This document shows, piece after piece, positions 1 to 13,634 of a stretch of 64,000 nt of DNA (the stretch's first letter is position 1; each line of letters begins with the position of its first letter). The stretch is taken from NCBI GenBank assembly GCA_903813345.2, contig CAIIXF020000001.1, forward strand, positions 27,962,001-28,026,000. Direction: 5' to 3'. A model generated the notes under the pieces. That model made no database searches. It had not been told where the DNA came from and saw only the letters and a list, made by a program, of their open reading frames with translations. This stretch comes from Owenia fusiformis. Its lineage: Eukaryota. The position numbers and the translations under genes are program-made.

Positions 1-727
1 TCTAAAAAAATCCGTTTTTAAAAATATTTCAAAATTCGATCGATCATTTCCTAGAGAAATACTTCGATTTTAGAGTGGAAACTTACCAATTCTCGTCTCT
101 GGGTAGATATTCTTCAAAACATACCATGGTTTTGCTATGAAAAACAGTTATCACGGAGTAAATCCAACTCAAAGTACGCATTTTCTTCATTTCAAACTAG
201 TTGAAAACAAAGATGGCTGAACTATGAAGTGACAAGTTAGAGTAGAAGGGGTCTTTTGACTTTTGGTACTTTAGGCCACTGATAAAAATAACTGATTTTC
301 ATGTGTTTAACATTTACTAAGTACAAAATACCAGGTATATCATTCTAATTAAGCACATTTTTCTATTTCTTAGCCTCATTAAACACTTATTTCGTTTGGA
401 ATGCCCTTAAACCCTGCTGAACCCTGGTCTAAGAAACAAAGATCTAAATAAGGCCAAAGAGCACCCGGGTTCACTGTTAAACCTCCTGCTCACTGTAGTA
501 TGAATCATGAATGTACTTTCACACAGGGTTTAACAGAAAGAAACAGTGAACCCTGGTCTAACGAATCCGTGTTTCCAGGGTTCGCCTAGCATGCCTTCGA
601 CTCTTTCTCCAATATTTTGCTGCCTCAAAATGTGCCCTTCCCCTCCTTGTTAGATTCTGGATCCACCAGTTGACAGGATGAAGCTTAAGCTAGGTTAAGC
701 GAATTCAAAGGGTATCTTTGAGTATCT

Positions 728-1844
728 GGTCAACCCAGTTGTCCGAAACCCAGTTCTCCGAAACCCAGTTTTCCGAAACCCAGTTGTCCGAAACCCAGTT
801 CTCCGAAAATTAGGGGAATCTTGTTTGAAAAATACTTTTTTGAACGAATCTCGTTGTCGCAACCTCTGCGAATCACAACATAACATTGGAATAACGTTGA
901 CATCATTGCAAAATTAGGCTAAATATGCTAAGTCAAGACGTTAATTGTTTAATGTTTAGCCTACGCAAGTTTACACAACATACATAGGGGTCTACAATTT
1001 TTAAACCATATTTCTTTATGGCCCATGGGCCTTTTTTGAGAGGGAACAACATTTTTCCAATGGGTGATGGGCGTTCTTAAAAGGAAAAATAGCTTTCCCA
1101 AGCCAGTAGGCATTTATTTAGTAAAGTTGACACGTACATCTTTTGAAACCAAAACTTATTCTTCACTTACGTACTCTGTTTGGGAAATAGAGATTAAATT
1201 AAAAGGATGAAGTGAGTACATGGCGAAAATGAAACTTCTTGCGAATAGGAGAACATCCATTTTGATACGAGGACAGCCTGCCTTCGTTTCCAGTTGATCC
1301 CAAGTGATTAAGTTAAGAATGTTTTGTTCTTTTACGATTTGATAAAATACAGAGACTAAGAAATTAAATGCGACGAAATATTTTGACAACGTTAATTAAA
1401 GTACTATATGCGTAAACCTATTTTATCTGTTTCAAAATGATTCATTTTATTTTGCCTATATAAAAGAGATTGAAGAAGATAAGATAAACTGTCCCGTAAT
1501 ATATATTGTGTTTTGATAACCTTTTTTTAGAATCACAATGTAAAATAAATCCCCTGTTCCTGCCATTCTGGTAACGCGTGCAATGGATGCAATTCAAAGT
1601 GAGAGAGAGATCTATGAACATCAGAATGCGTCCATGCCATTAATTTGGCCAAATACATGGCATGAAACTGGCCTAAGCTTAAAACGTCTCCCCTTTCTCG
1701 TAAATTATGACTATATTTTTCGGAGTAATGGGTTTCGGACCCGGGGTTTCGGACAAGTGGGTTTCGGACAAGTGGGTTTCGGACAACTGGGTTTCGGACA
1801 AGTGGGTTTCTGACAACTGGGTTTCGGACAACTGGGGTGCACCC
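728..1844. mobile_element. Non-autonomous TIR element with subterminal 15-bp tandem arrays
   Basis: (AAACCCAGTTGTCCG)x5 at the left end and its reverse complement x~8 at the right end. 4-bp TSD ATCT. Empty site GAGTATCTAATAC at ~17964 and ~29591. Confidence 0.85.
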
Positions 1845-2238
1845 ATCTAATAACCTGGTCTCTTTGATCACATCATTGACCTTTGATCACATCATTGACC
1901 AATCAGAATACATTATAGAAATACCCTCATTAAAGCTTATAACCAGATTAAAAAGAGATACAAATGCATTACAACCTGGTCTCTTTGATCACATCATTGA
2001 CCTTTGATCACATCATTGACCAATCAGAATACATTATAGAAATACCCTCATTAAAGCTTATAACCAGATTAAAAAGAGATACAAATGCATTTCTGAATAT
2101 ATTGTATACAGTATATATTTACTTATTTTTATATATTTAATAAATATAGTGTATACCTAGTAATTGCACAAAGTGACAATGGACCCTCTTCATATAAGTG
2201 ATGTGTAAAGTATTAGTGATTCAAATTATATAAGGGCT

Positions 2239-2408
2239 TAGGCCCGTAGCCGGTGGGGGGGGGGGGTTCGCCCCCCCCCCCTTGGCCAACATTTTGAGCA
2301 CTTCTCAAGTGATTTTAGCCATATTTGGGCCAAAATTGTCAAATGTGAACCCCCCCTGGAAATTTTTGAAAACTGAACCCCCCTTGGCAAATCCTGGCTA
2401 CGGGCCTG
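2239..2408. mobile_element. hAT-like MITE with 5-bp TSD (other copies 18599-18786, 30227-30415)
   Basis: TIR CAGGCCCGTAGCC/GGCTACGGGCCTG, TSD GGGCT, G/C runs inside. Confidence 0.8.
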
Positions 2409-3072
2409 GGGCTGTTCCATTTAAATGGTAGAGTGGTCATAAATATATAAGAACATTAAGGGTGGGGGATGTAAAATAAAAAGTGATTGTGGGGTATATC
2501 AACATTTAACATTTGAATCGCAAAAAAACTTTTCAAAATTTTAACCTTCAGGTCTGCCCATTCTGACATTTTTTAATGAAATAGCCCAAACTCCAAAAAC
2601 TGAATTATATAATATTGATATAAGCCTACACTGTGTATGTTGTAAATAATTGTACATTCCCAGTATGATGTATGTGTCTGACCATTACATTTGAAAAATA
2701 ACCTCTATATAGTAATGACTGTACATTGTAAATTAATACTTTATAATAGCATTCAAATAATAATATTCATTATCCAAACATAAACCCTTTCTTATCGCTA
2801 TGTCAAATGGTCGGATAGATATACTTATTTTTTTTCTTGAGATGAATTCTATTTCTATGTTCTCCTATTATGTAATAGACCATTGTGTATGATTTGTGCT
2901 GCAGTCTACTAATGCAATACCCATCAACCAAGATTATCCAAATACTGTATTTTAAAATACTGTACTGTTATATTGGGCTACCCACATCTTGGCAAGTAAA
3001 ATGTAAAAGAAAAAATTAACTTATATACTTTAGACACAGCAATTCATATAATACTACACTAATATATGGCAC

Positions 3073-3553
3073 TATCAGTTATCACACGTTTCAGCATGTG
3101 ATACAGGAAATATTCCACGAAAGGTAATACTGTATCATCCACGAAAGCGAAGCTTGAGTGGTGATACATTGTTACCCGAGTGGAATATTTCCTGTATCAC
3201 ATAAGCTGAAACGTGTGATGACGATTTTATCACATGTCTAGGAATTTTGAAGCTTTTGATTTGGTCAGTTATGATTGTGTTCATTACCCTGTGTACTTCT
3301 AGTAACTATTATAATTTTTGATTTCGCTTTGAAACAATGTGACGTCATATCGTTGTATTCGTACTTGTTTGTGAAATAGTATGACGTCATATTGTTTTCC
3401 TTAGCCAGAAGTGATATAATCAGTGACGTCACATCGTTGCTATTGATCATCACTGGTTGCCTCTAGTAACGTGTGAGACGGCCGTGTGAGACGGGAAAAC
3501 TCACACGGTAATCAACCAATCAGATTACTGGAATTTTACAGAGCATGTGATAA
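3073..3553 (+). mobile_element. Hairpin-headed non-TIR element (Crypton-like non-autonomous); paralogous copy ~22376-23430
   Basis: ~140-bp palindrome 3081-3219 centred on GCGAAGC; ends CCAATCAG...TGTGATAA; no TIR or TSD. Family name is inferred. Confidence 0.5.
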
Positions 3554-4813
3554 AGCATAAACTATTTTCAACAAACACAATTTCAAAAAGGATAATATAG
3601 AAGTTAACCTTTATTTTCCATTTTTAAGCAGCTGTGCCTCTCATGACTTTCCAAAACAGGTCATATTCGTAGCCTAAGAACCGGTCATACTCCATATACG
3701 TGGAAACTCAAGTAGCCATGGATAAATACTATTCTTTTTTCATTTTGATGAAAACTCTTGTAAAACGTTGGAATAGATTGTGTTGCCATTTGTTTGCAAG
3801 ATATGATAAAGTTGCAGCAGTAATGGACAGAGTGAAGGGGGGGGAGGTGTAAATGCTATAGCCGCAGCGACACATCACTGAAGCAATAATACATGTAATA
3901 CTCTCCAAAGCAAATAATTTGAAATTGCAGCTGTTTCGCAGCGTAAACAGCATTCATTCAATATTGGTGATAAGATTGAACAAAAATGTGCTACCTCTAA
4001 ACAAGCGGTGTGGATATTGATCCGCGGATATCCGAAAAGTGACGATATCCTCACCGCTTTATTCGAGGTAGCACATATCCGATAAATGTTTTCAATTTTA
4101 TTTTAAATTCACAGAGAAAGTTCATGACTTTCAAAATGCAAAAATAATTTATATCGATCACCAATACTAGCCAATACTGAATGAAAGCTGTAAACTGTGT
4201 ATTAAAGCAGCAATTCCAAATCCTTTGCTATGGAGCAAGGATGAATGGTTAGTTGATTAGTTCGTCGTTAAAGAATGGATAATACGACTATAGACAAAAT
4301 TTCCCTTTTATTAGGTATCCTCTACAAATGGATGACTATAACTGCGTATCCAACATGCCTTTAAGTTTAACAATGCCCGTTAATATCCGCACCTTGCGCA
4401 CCCGCAACGCTTGTTTGCGTATAGCACAGTCTGTATAGGGTGCTATTACACGTCAATTTATACAAACGAAAACTTTGATAGCGAGATGATTTTTCTTAAA
4501 TCATCCAAAATGGCCGCAATGGTTGAGCTAATGAGCTTTACATGTAGAATTAATTTAAAGAAGATGTTGAAGTTCAAGCTATTGAAGCATTTTTTCTTAA
4601 AGTTTGCAGAGAAAATATTTTAGCATTTCATGAATGTATCAAAATTTATCTTTGAAAAGTTAAACTTAAGTTGTTTTGATAAAAAAAAGTTGTAGGCTAC
4701 TATACATAGAGAACAAGCCAGCCAGATGTATGCTTATAATATGGCCCCAACATTATGTTGTGGTTCAGCATAAATTAGTACTGTCATATTGGGTAAACGA
4801 GTAAAAGTTTTAA

Positions 4814-5387
4814 AGGGTGACGCATATCGTTTAGCAAATCGAACGCTCGTTTCTGGTGTTGCTCACCGTTTAGTATAAAAGGCCCGATCCCGGAATAATA
4901 CTCAAGGGTTCACAGGTTCGAGGTCGTTGTGTCAACACCTCTAACTGTTATATAGCATAAGTATATTGTAGATCGTCACAAATTTATAAAAGGGTGATTT
5001 TTATTTTGACAAATCAATTCCACATTTATGGGTGAAGTTTCAGGATCTTCTATTTGTGTATAATAAGGAAAAATTGGCATATAAATTTCCCCATAACGTA
5101 ATAGCACACAGCTTGGCATATGAAATATCCTACAAATGAAACAAAGCAAGACAAACCGGTTTCTAATACAAGGATTTATATTGGCTGTTATACATGTATT
5201 CTTTGAACGCAAGATCACTCTTTGGATAACGTTTTCAAAATCATTATAAACGGATTACTTTATCTCAAAGACAATTTCAATAAACTGGGTTTTACAGAAC
5301 TCCCCTTATTTCTTAAAAATGGACTGATCCAGTTGATTCGCCTGGAGCCGCCATATTGTTTTTATACGGGATGCTAATCGGAACCCT
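4814..5387 (+). mobile_element. Kolobok-like non-autonomous element (TTAA TSD)
   Basis: TTAA|AGGGTG...AACCCT|TTAA; empty single TTAA at ~24737 in the other unit. Confidence 0.85.
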
Positions 5388-5600
5388 TTAAACAACATGC
5401 ACAAGTAGACAGGAAATTTGAATGCTATATTAATGCCTCCATATTTCAGAAAAGCAATAAAATCAGTAAAACATTTTAAACACACCACATAGTCACATAC
5501 ATCATCTGTACATTGTGCTTCTCCACAGTTTAATCGTCAACATATGAATATCTGAAAATATACTTTGAAGGTTTATTATTGTAAAGAGGCAGATTTCGAC

Positions 5601-6407
5601 ATGAGTTTTCTTCATAAATGTGCAATTATAACGGGCTCTAGTAATGGAATTGGGAAAGCCACTGCTCTTCTTCTGGCCTCTAGGGGAGCAAATGTTCTGA
5701 TACATGGGACAAAACAGGACGCGATCAACTCTGTCGTCCAGCAATGCAAACTGAGAGGGCGTGAAGGTGCAGTGTTCCCTAGTGTCAAAGGATTGATAGA
5801 AAATGAGGAGACATTGGCCGATATTGCCGAAACAGCTTCCAGTGAATTTGGCCAACTTGATGTTTTGATAAATAATGCCATAAGATCATCATTTCATGAT
5901 CTTCGGAATGCTCCTATTGCAGATTTAGATGCACACTTTGCAATTATTGTGAAATCAGCAGTGAGGTTAAGCCAACTTTGCCTCCCTAACCTCACAAAAT
6001 GCAAAGGCAACATTGTTAATATATCCAGTGCAGCGGCGCTGCGCCCGTCAGATTTAAGACATTCATTCTATGCTATCAGCAAAGCTGCTTTGAACATGTT
6101 CACCCAATGTGCAGCCTTAGAATTCGCAGATGATGGAGTGCGTGTCAATGCAGTTTGTCCAGGTGCTACACGAACCGAAATACTCGAAAATATGGGGATG
6201 ACAAATGAAGAGATTATTGAATTTTGGAGTATGTTAGCTAAAATTGTACCAGTTAAACGTGTTGCTACTGCGGAAGAAATTGCTGGATTTATTGCATATA
6301 TTGCATCATCCGAGGCAGCCATGATTAACGGTCAGTGTATCGCACATGATGGAGGGCTGACCCTAATTGGACTTCAAAAACATGTCATGGAAAAGGCTTC
6401 AAAGTGA
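5601..6407 (+). CDS. Classical short-chain dehydrogenase/reductase (FabG/3-oxoacyl-ACP reductase-like), intronless, copy 1, 268 aa
   Basis: ATG at 5601 matches the start of copy 2. Motifs: TGSSNGIG (TGxxxGxG), LDVLINNA, NISS (catalytic Ser), YAISK (YxxxK), GVRVNAVCPG, DGG. AATAAA at 6424-6429. Confidence 0.93.
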   Translation: MSFLHKCAIITGSSNGIGKATALLLASRGANVLIHGTKQDAINSVVQQCKLRGREGAVFPSVKGLIENEETLADIAETASSEFGQLDVLINNAIRSSFHDLRNAPIADLDAHFAIIVKSAVRLSQLCLPNLTKCKGNIVNISSAAALRPSDLRHSFYAISKAALNMFTQCAALEFADDGVRVNAVCPGATRTEILENMGMTNEEIIEFWSMLAKIVPVKRVATAEEIAGFIAYIASSEAAMINGQCIAHDGGLTLIGLQKHVMEKASK

Positions 6408-6503
6408 ATACCGGTACTTTTACAATAAACTATTTTTATTAATCAATGGCACTTTGTGTATTAAATATTGTTACTTTGACTTTATTAACTGAATTTTGAA
6501 TTT

Positions 6504-7546
6504 CACTGGTGATCCACTCGATTACGCTGGTTACCGAAATGGTTCGTTTCGGTTACAAAATGTCGGAACATTGAAGGTATGATTTTTCTTTTTTCCTTAT
6601 TTCACACGTTGTAGGCAGACTTCCCACGACATTTTTTATCACAAACGTACCATTATCATGTTTAAGAAAATGTACATATTTACGAACAATATTAGGTATC
6701 CTCTACAAATGCCATATTGAGGAATTAAATCGACGATTTTGTTGTCTTCTGAGCAATTTTTTCGCAAACATGTACGTTTTCTAAAACATATGATTTTTAA
6801 AAAAAATTAATTTATTAACATTGAAACATTTATACAATTTTTACATAATAAACAATGGTTACATTGGTACTTATTCAGGAATACAGAACTTATTGGTTAT
6901 AGATTTTACTATTTCTAATTTTCCAAATTTCAAACTTGTATTTAAACACTAGCTAGTTTCTATGGCATTTGCGCTTTCCCACGAAGTAAGCTGTACGTAT
7001 TTCTTCAGTCCAGCATTGTAAACAAACAACTCCATCATTGCTATAAAATAAAATTTCTTGTTCAGAAAACTTTAAATTTTGAGTATTTACATATTCCTTT
7101 GCATTCGTACAATTGACAAATAAGTGTTTATGACTTTCTACTTCAACATTGCATATTTTACTTCTGAATTTTTTGTAATTTTTTTTCTGTCCATGTGGCT
7201 CCATTAAAACATTTAAATATAAATCCTTTAACATTATTACTAATGCCACATTTAAACAAAATCTTGTAAAAATCTGAGAAATCCGTTTGAGCAAACTGCT
7301 CAGACCAATACACTTCTGATTTGGATTCTGTTAAACTGTTTTTTACAAACCCTTTTCTTATTGATTGCACATTGATTTTCTGTACAGGAATACCTAAAAC
7401 ATATGATACTGATACACGTTTGTGAGAAAAAACGTCGTGGGGATTCTGCCTACAACGCGTGAAATAAGGAAAAAGAAAATCGTACCTTCGACGTTCCGAC
7501 ATTTTGTTACCGAAACGAACCAGCGTAATTGAACGGATTACCAGTG
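6504..7546. mobile_element. Non-autonomous TIR element with CAC termini and 5-bp TSD (Transib-like); copy 25839-~26912 lacks its right tip
   Basis: ~125-bp imperfect TIR, CACTGGTGATCC.../...GGATTACCAGTG; TSD AATTT. Confidence 0.7.
6795..7420 (-). pseudogene. Decayed 3' end of an L1/Tx1-type LINE ORF2 (zf-RVT region), nested in the TIR element; copy ~26192-26790
   Basis: Frameshifted pieces YWSEQF...FIFKCFNG...CKICNVEVESHKHLFVNC...IWKIRN, followed by AATAAA and an A-run on the minus strand. Confidence 0.7.
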
Positions 7547-8593
7547 AATTTATAACTTTGATATTTAATAATATTGACATAGCCTACTCTGTTAACTCTG
7601 GAACTTACTTTAATACGCAGGCTATTAAATACAATCTCCATAATATTTCAATTCATTCTGAAGTAATTAAACCCAAAGTGATATTGATAGTATGACAAAA
7701 GTAAGTGACTCGAGGAAAAACGGTCTAATTTCGGATATTGGAGACTTTAAGCTAGCAATGTTTTTCAATCCATGAAACAATATTGAAAGAGTTTTGACGG
7801 TTCAAAGCATGTTAAGTAACCCAGGGATGACTTATAACTCCAAGTTTTATTTCACGTTTGACTTTTGAATCTACATGTAGAGCTAGAGTTACATATGCGG
7901 AAACTTTCTTTTATACGTTTTTTTTTAGTTATGTGGCTCTTTCATATGAGACTAAATAACATATGGAGTGACTTGAGATGAGACGTGATGAGCACCGCGA
8001 ATCTCAAGATATGTGTACACGTACTGATCTTAAACTAGTACTGATAATAGAAAACCTTGACACAATTGATTTACTTTCCAAACAAAACTACTTCTAGAAT
8101 ATGTAAAGATGCTTGTACATACATATACATGTACCAGGTATATCGTGGGCGAAGCCAGATTTCAGTCAGGGGGATGCGATTGTCAAAAATTTGAAATTTG
8201 ATTTTCAGTAATTTTGAGAAAGTACATGGTGGGCTTTTAGACCACATTTCCAGATTTGCGATTCCTAATTATTTGTCATGTTTTTCTTAATTTTGAAAAT
8301 AAAATCCCATAATGATGGGCTTTTTGGTCACGTTTCCAGCTAGAAATACGCGTCATGCTTTCAAACTCTGCATTGCCGATAGATAGCCTTCATATCAATG
8401 GGTTTAATATGTATTTCAAAACATTTTGAACACTCCATTGCCCATATGCATGTGCTTCAAAACAGCTTCAACCTGGAAAATAACTTTGAAAGGTACATGT
8501 ATTTAAACGTCATTATCAATTTGTAAAAATATACTTTAAATGTTCATCTTGTGAATTGATGGCAATTTAAACATGAGCACAAATGTGCAGTTA

Positions 8594-11337
8594 TAGTCCC
8601 TGATCTGGACCCTCTGAAAAAAAGTTTTGTTGTCCGGTACTTTCCCACATAAACTGATTGTACCATTTAAAAGAACAGACTTCCCTCTTAAAGAAAACAC
8701 CTCTTCTATTGATGTAAACAGGGGCAAAAGGCACCAAAACGGGGTTAGACAAGGTGGCATTCTGAAGTCTCACTTTCTTGTCATCACGATTCCAGGTAAA
8801 CCATCAGACGGATTTACTTCAAATTTTCACACATGTTACATGGTAAGAAGTTATAGAGCTGATTAACTTTCCGATAGCCATCTTGCATTCTGGCGCCCAT
8901 CTTGGAAGTTTGTAGATAAATCTTGTCATCACGATTCCAGAAAAACCACTTTACAGATTTGCTTCAAATTTTCACACTTTATACATTTACATTCGCATAG
9001 TTTTTTAGGTTTTATGACTGTTAAATTCTATAGTCTTGTTAAGACCACTTTATAAACAGGTTTATTATTAATTTTTGTGACTGTTAAATTATATAGTCTA
9101 GTTAACACCACTTTATAAACAGGTTTATTATTACTGGTGTAACTAACACAACGAAAAAAAAAATTAATTTATTTGGTTTTATATAACATGAAATTATTTT
9201 TTCTTTTCGATAAAACATTGCTTATTAGAATTATATTTAGTTGAAAACTTAGAGTAAACAATCAGTTCTTCTATCACAAAGTTTATTTTGGTTCAGTAGA
9301 TTTTTCTATACATTATTTTTATGTCACCACCACTAGTGGTTGGCTGACAAATTGTAATAGCTTCGAACGTTTATCTTGACACTGTTCAGTAGTTAATGTG
9401 TACTGTATACTTAACAAGGTGTGGTGACATTTTGCATGTTTCTGCATCGTCACTACTATTGAAAGCTTATGTTGATATTGTAGCAGTGTTTTTAAGTTCT
9501 TTTTGTTGGTACAATTAGTTTCCAAACCCTATACTTATATCGATCTGACACACAGTTTTAGTGCAGGTTTAAGTGATTTTTGTTGATTATTAAACGCAAA
9601 GAGCACATGTGTCTCGAACTCGCAACATTGTGGAGACAGAGCCCATTCACATAGTTTGACATGCTGGTGCTCTGAACCAGCTCGTTAGTTAATATCTGAC
9701 TAAGGGACAGCTTGCTTTCCCCTTAAAGAAACGTTATCTGCAGCTTTTATGAGTACTATAGTATCTACAACAATTTTGATCTTATGAGTATTGGATATCA
9801 TTATTTTCAATTTTTCTTCAACATGTATTTTAATGACTTCAGTATGAATGGAATGTCCCTCGGAGTTGTGGTCGTTGATGAGGAATTGGTCATTGAACGG
9901 TGTGGATGCTGTTTATTCCCATATTAGATTATTGTCTTGGGATATTTAGGTTTGATTTTTGTTTGCCAGTTTTACACTTTACAGTTTGCTTTTCCCACTA
10001 GGTTGCTTTACACTTTTTTCCTTTCTCATTTGTCATTTTTGTTTATATTTAGTAAGGATATGATACGCAGGTCTCTCCTTCTGTGTGATCACCTGTCCAG
10101 AAGATAATTCAACTGCATGAAGAACATTTCGTTGACATGATGCACAGTGAAAGGTTTTCCACACATTTACATTTTCGTTTAAAAGAGCTTTAATTCCGTT
10201 ATATACTCAGATCAAGGCCAATTTAGCATACATTTCGCTCTCAAAAATCGCTGTGCAATAATGGATTTCAAAGAAATGTTTGATGTTTTCAATAATCTTT
10301 TTTCTTTTTGATGAAATGTAGTTATTTATTCTAAAAATCAATCAATGTCATACACAAAATGCATTTAAGTGGTATAAAGTACAGAAGGAGAGTAAAAATA
10401 TGTATTTTAGAATATCACCATGTGTTACCCCATTGTACATGTTGTAGCGCCTCTTGCCCATGTTTCTATCAATATAAAACATGATATCATACACCAAATA
10501 TGCATTTATGTCAAATTATGTGGTTTAAAATACAGAAAAATAGATAACATTCTCCTTAGAATACCACCTTGTGTAATCCCACTTTACTGCCTTTTGCCCC
10601 GTTTATATCAATATAAAAGGTAGCATGTAACCTTCCTTGTAACATGTGTAAAAGTTTCAAGAAAATCAGTATAGTGGTTTTCCTGGAATCACAATGACAA
10701 GATTTATCAAAAAAACTTCCAAGATGGCCGCCAGAATGCAAGATGGCCACCGAAAGGTTAATTAGCTCTAGAACTTCTTACCATGTAATATGTGTGAAAA
10801 TTTGAAGTAAATCCGTTTGGTTTTCCTGAAATTGTCATGACAAGATTTATCTTTAAACTTCCAAGATGGCTGCCAGAAAGCAAGATGGCCACCAAAAAAT
10901 AATGAGGTCTAGGACTTTTTACCATGTTACATGTGTGAACATATGAAGTACATCTGTTATGTGGTTTTTGTGGAATCGCGATGACAATATTTATCTGAAA
11001 AAAATTCCAAGATGGCCGCCAGAATGCAAGATGGCCACCGCAAAGTTAATCAGCTCTAGAACTTCTTACCATGTAACATGTGTGAAAATTTGAAGTGAAT
11101 CCGTCTAACATTTCTAATGGTTTACCTGGAATCGTGATGACAAGAAAGTGAGACTTCAGAATGCCACCTTGTCTAACCCCGTTTTGGTGCCTTTTGCCCC
11201 TGTTTACATCAATAGAAGAGGTGTTTTCTTTAAGAGGGAAGTCTGTTCTTTCAAACGGTACAATCATTTTATGTGGGAAAGTACCGGGCAACAAAACCCC
11301 TTTTCTAGAGCCCTTTTGGAAATCAGATCGGGGACTA
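8594..11337. mobile_element. 2.7 kb non-autonomous long-TIR element (TAG...CTA termini, 3-bp TTA TSD; Academ- or Harbinger-like)
   Basis: ~370-bp TIRs. Empty site GCAGTTATAACTGG at 28407-28420. Internal ~150-bp tandem repeats (CAAGATGGCCGCC) at 10620-11150. Confidence 0.85.
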
Positions 11338-12834
11338 TTATAACTGGCCCTAACAATCAAGGTCTGGCTTCCTAGTCATCGTACCCAAGACAACTGGTAC
11401 CCAAGACAACTCGTACCCAAGATTATTTTCAGTATTATGGGTGCAATTAGGGAAAAAATTGAGTTTGTAATACTTTCATGTTATAATGTGAATCAAATAA
11501 GCCTCAATATTTTTGAATTTAGAAGACATTTATTCTCAATGGATCAGTAAAGCATTTTTAACGTATACATAAAAATATTGGGTGAGACTTGAGATAATGT
11601 ATGCGGCGCCAGTCAAAATTGAAACTTCTGATTGGGTTCGAAGCCGAGATGCCCGGATATGTCCCAGCAAAAGCCGGAATTCACGTGATTTTTCACGAAG
11701 AAGGGGCGGAGTTTAAGCGAGATTCATCGAGACTTCTTCGTGTCAATCGTGTCAATCTCTGCATTGCTTATTGTTAACTCCACCTTTTTGCCCATATATG
11801 GAGATGGAGATGCCACTTGCGAGCGTGAACAGTTCAGTCTAGAAATAGAAATTTCTTAAGCGATGTCTTTCTTCAATTTTTCTACACGATATCTCGATAA
11901 ATAGTGGACATATTTGTACCATTCTTTCGTCAAAATGAGGGTATCGCTGGAATACATATTTCCAATCTGTTGGTCAATAGATTTATTCATTGATACTGGC
12001 AGGAATTAGATCGTAATAAACATGCTAAAATTGTAAAACTTGGAACGTTTGACAGTAATCTCCGAGTAATGTATGAATTGCATCGGGAGAAAGCAGGAGA
12101 AAAGCTGGGACAGTCTGTTGTGTGGAGTTTGCAAAGCAATCCCGGATATAAATGACGTCATCTTAGCAGTTTACATGGTTTCGAAAGTGATATATTTTTG
12201 TGTCGTAGTGATGAGTTTGAATTATGTCGATTATTCGATTGTTATATATAAATAAACATCGATCTTCGGCGAAGATAAAGTAAGAACAACATATATATCC
12301 GAGAAACATGTTGGTAAGTACAGTATTTCATTTATAATGGCAGAAAATCAAATTGAATCGAAATCGAATTTTCAACTTTTTCAATTTTTTTTCGTTCGAT
12401 TATTTTGATTTTCAATTTGATTTTTACATTCTATCTTCTTCGTCCTGCGGGACTATACTAGGCATAGGCCCGGAACATGTATAACGAGTCAAATTCACTT
12501 AAATAGAACATGCTGTAAGCTTTATTTCTTTACATTTTTACGGGCCTATGCCTGGGCTATGACTCTAGGCCTAGACTACTAGATCTATAGGACCTAGACT
12601 AGCCTAAAGCTAGAGCCTTAGATCTAGCTCTTTCAGAGGCTGTGACTGATATGTTAGAACAGCCTTTAGAGCCTCCTATCAACCGCTTCAAAATTGTGTT
12701 AGTGTCCTCCTTGCGAAAATCGAAAAAAATTAAAATGTGCTTCTGTGCCGAACAGCAAATTCTCATTATACATTGAGAAGCTACTCTTTACCAAGAAACC
12801 AAAAATGGAAGTTTTGACGGAAAGACATGACGTA

Positions 12835-13246
12835 CAAGTCAAAATCTCTGAATCTTGCTACCGTAGGTACATGACAGATAAAGAGAATTTAAATCCTGAT
12901 CGGCAAAAAAGCGGCTAATAACTTACATATTTTCTCAACAAAAAGCACTGATGTAGCTCACATTGGGAGATAGTAGTAAGCACTTGAAGTTGATTTCAGT
13001 AGATCAGTTACACCTGTCATGATTTCAAGGAAAGACACAAAGTATCCGTCAAAAGAGAAAAGCTTACATAAATGCGAGCAAAATCTGCAGATTTATTATA
13101 GCTATTGACTTCTCGAATATGTTGAACGCACAACTCTAAACAATACTTGAAATTGAATAAAATTGACAAAATATGAGAAGACAGTCTAAAACCTAACTGG
13201 GAGAGCTGCCATTGTTTGCCCGGAAATCTTCAGAGATTTTGACTGG
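12835..13246. mobile_element. Small TA-flanked MITE nested in the MULE-like element
   Basis: AGTCAAAATCTCTGAA/TTCAGAGATTTTGACT inverted repeats flanked by TA. Confidence 0.5.
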
Positions 13247-13634
13247 TACTTTGTGTCTTTCCATCAAAATTGCCATTTTGGTTTCTCGCTGGGTAATTCA
13301 CAGATGAAGAGAAATCTTGATTGACAAAAATACAGCTGATAGCTAACAGCTTTTCTTAAACAGAAGATAAAGGAAGATATAAAGGAACCTGTTATGATTT
13401 TGAAGCGGGTGATAGCCGATAGGGGGCATGTTAAGGCTGTAAGTAGAGGGTGTAGCCGAATAAATCTAACCCAAATAGAGTTTAACACATCTCAGTATAG
13501 GCAAAATTAAAATTCATTAAAGTTTCATCACTTTAGCATGTGTACATTTGCTGGCCTTCTAATATTTTGCCAATAGATTTGTTAGGCTTGATTGCAAATT
13601 CTTATGAAATATAAGAGTGTATGGTTTCAATGTA

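Noticed and set aside
728-1844. Regular short repeats resembling a CRISPR array or a repeat protein (RNPVV/GFGQV)
   Set aside because: Contiguous 15-bp units with no unique spacers, inverted at the two ends of a TSD-flanked transposon, in a eukaryotic context with no cas genes.
5565-5600. N-terminal extension of SDR copy 1 in the ORF track
   Set aside because: Starts at TTG, and the equivalent region in copy 2 differs; the shared ATG is at 5601.
5502-6322. Antisense ORFs over the SDR genes (also 24825-25663)
   Set aside because: Shadow frames of the real CDS with no motifs.
9605-9690. Possible tRNA/SINE-like remnant on the minus strand
   Set aside because: Only a vague B-box-like GTTCGAG; no cloverleaf could be built.
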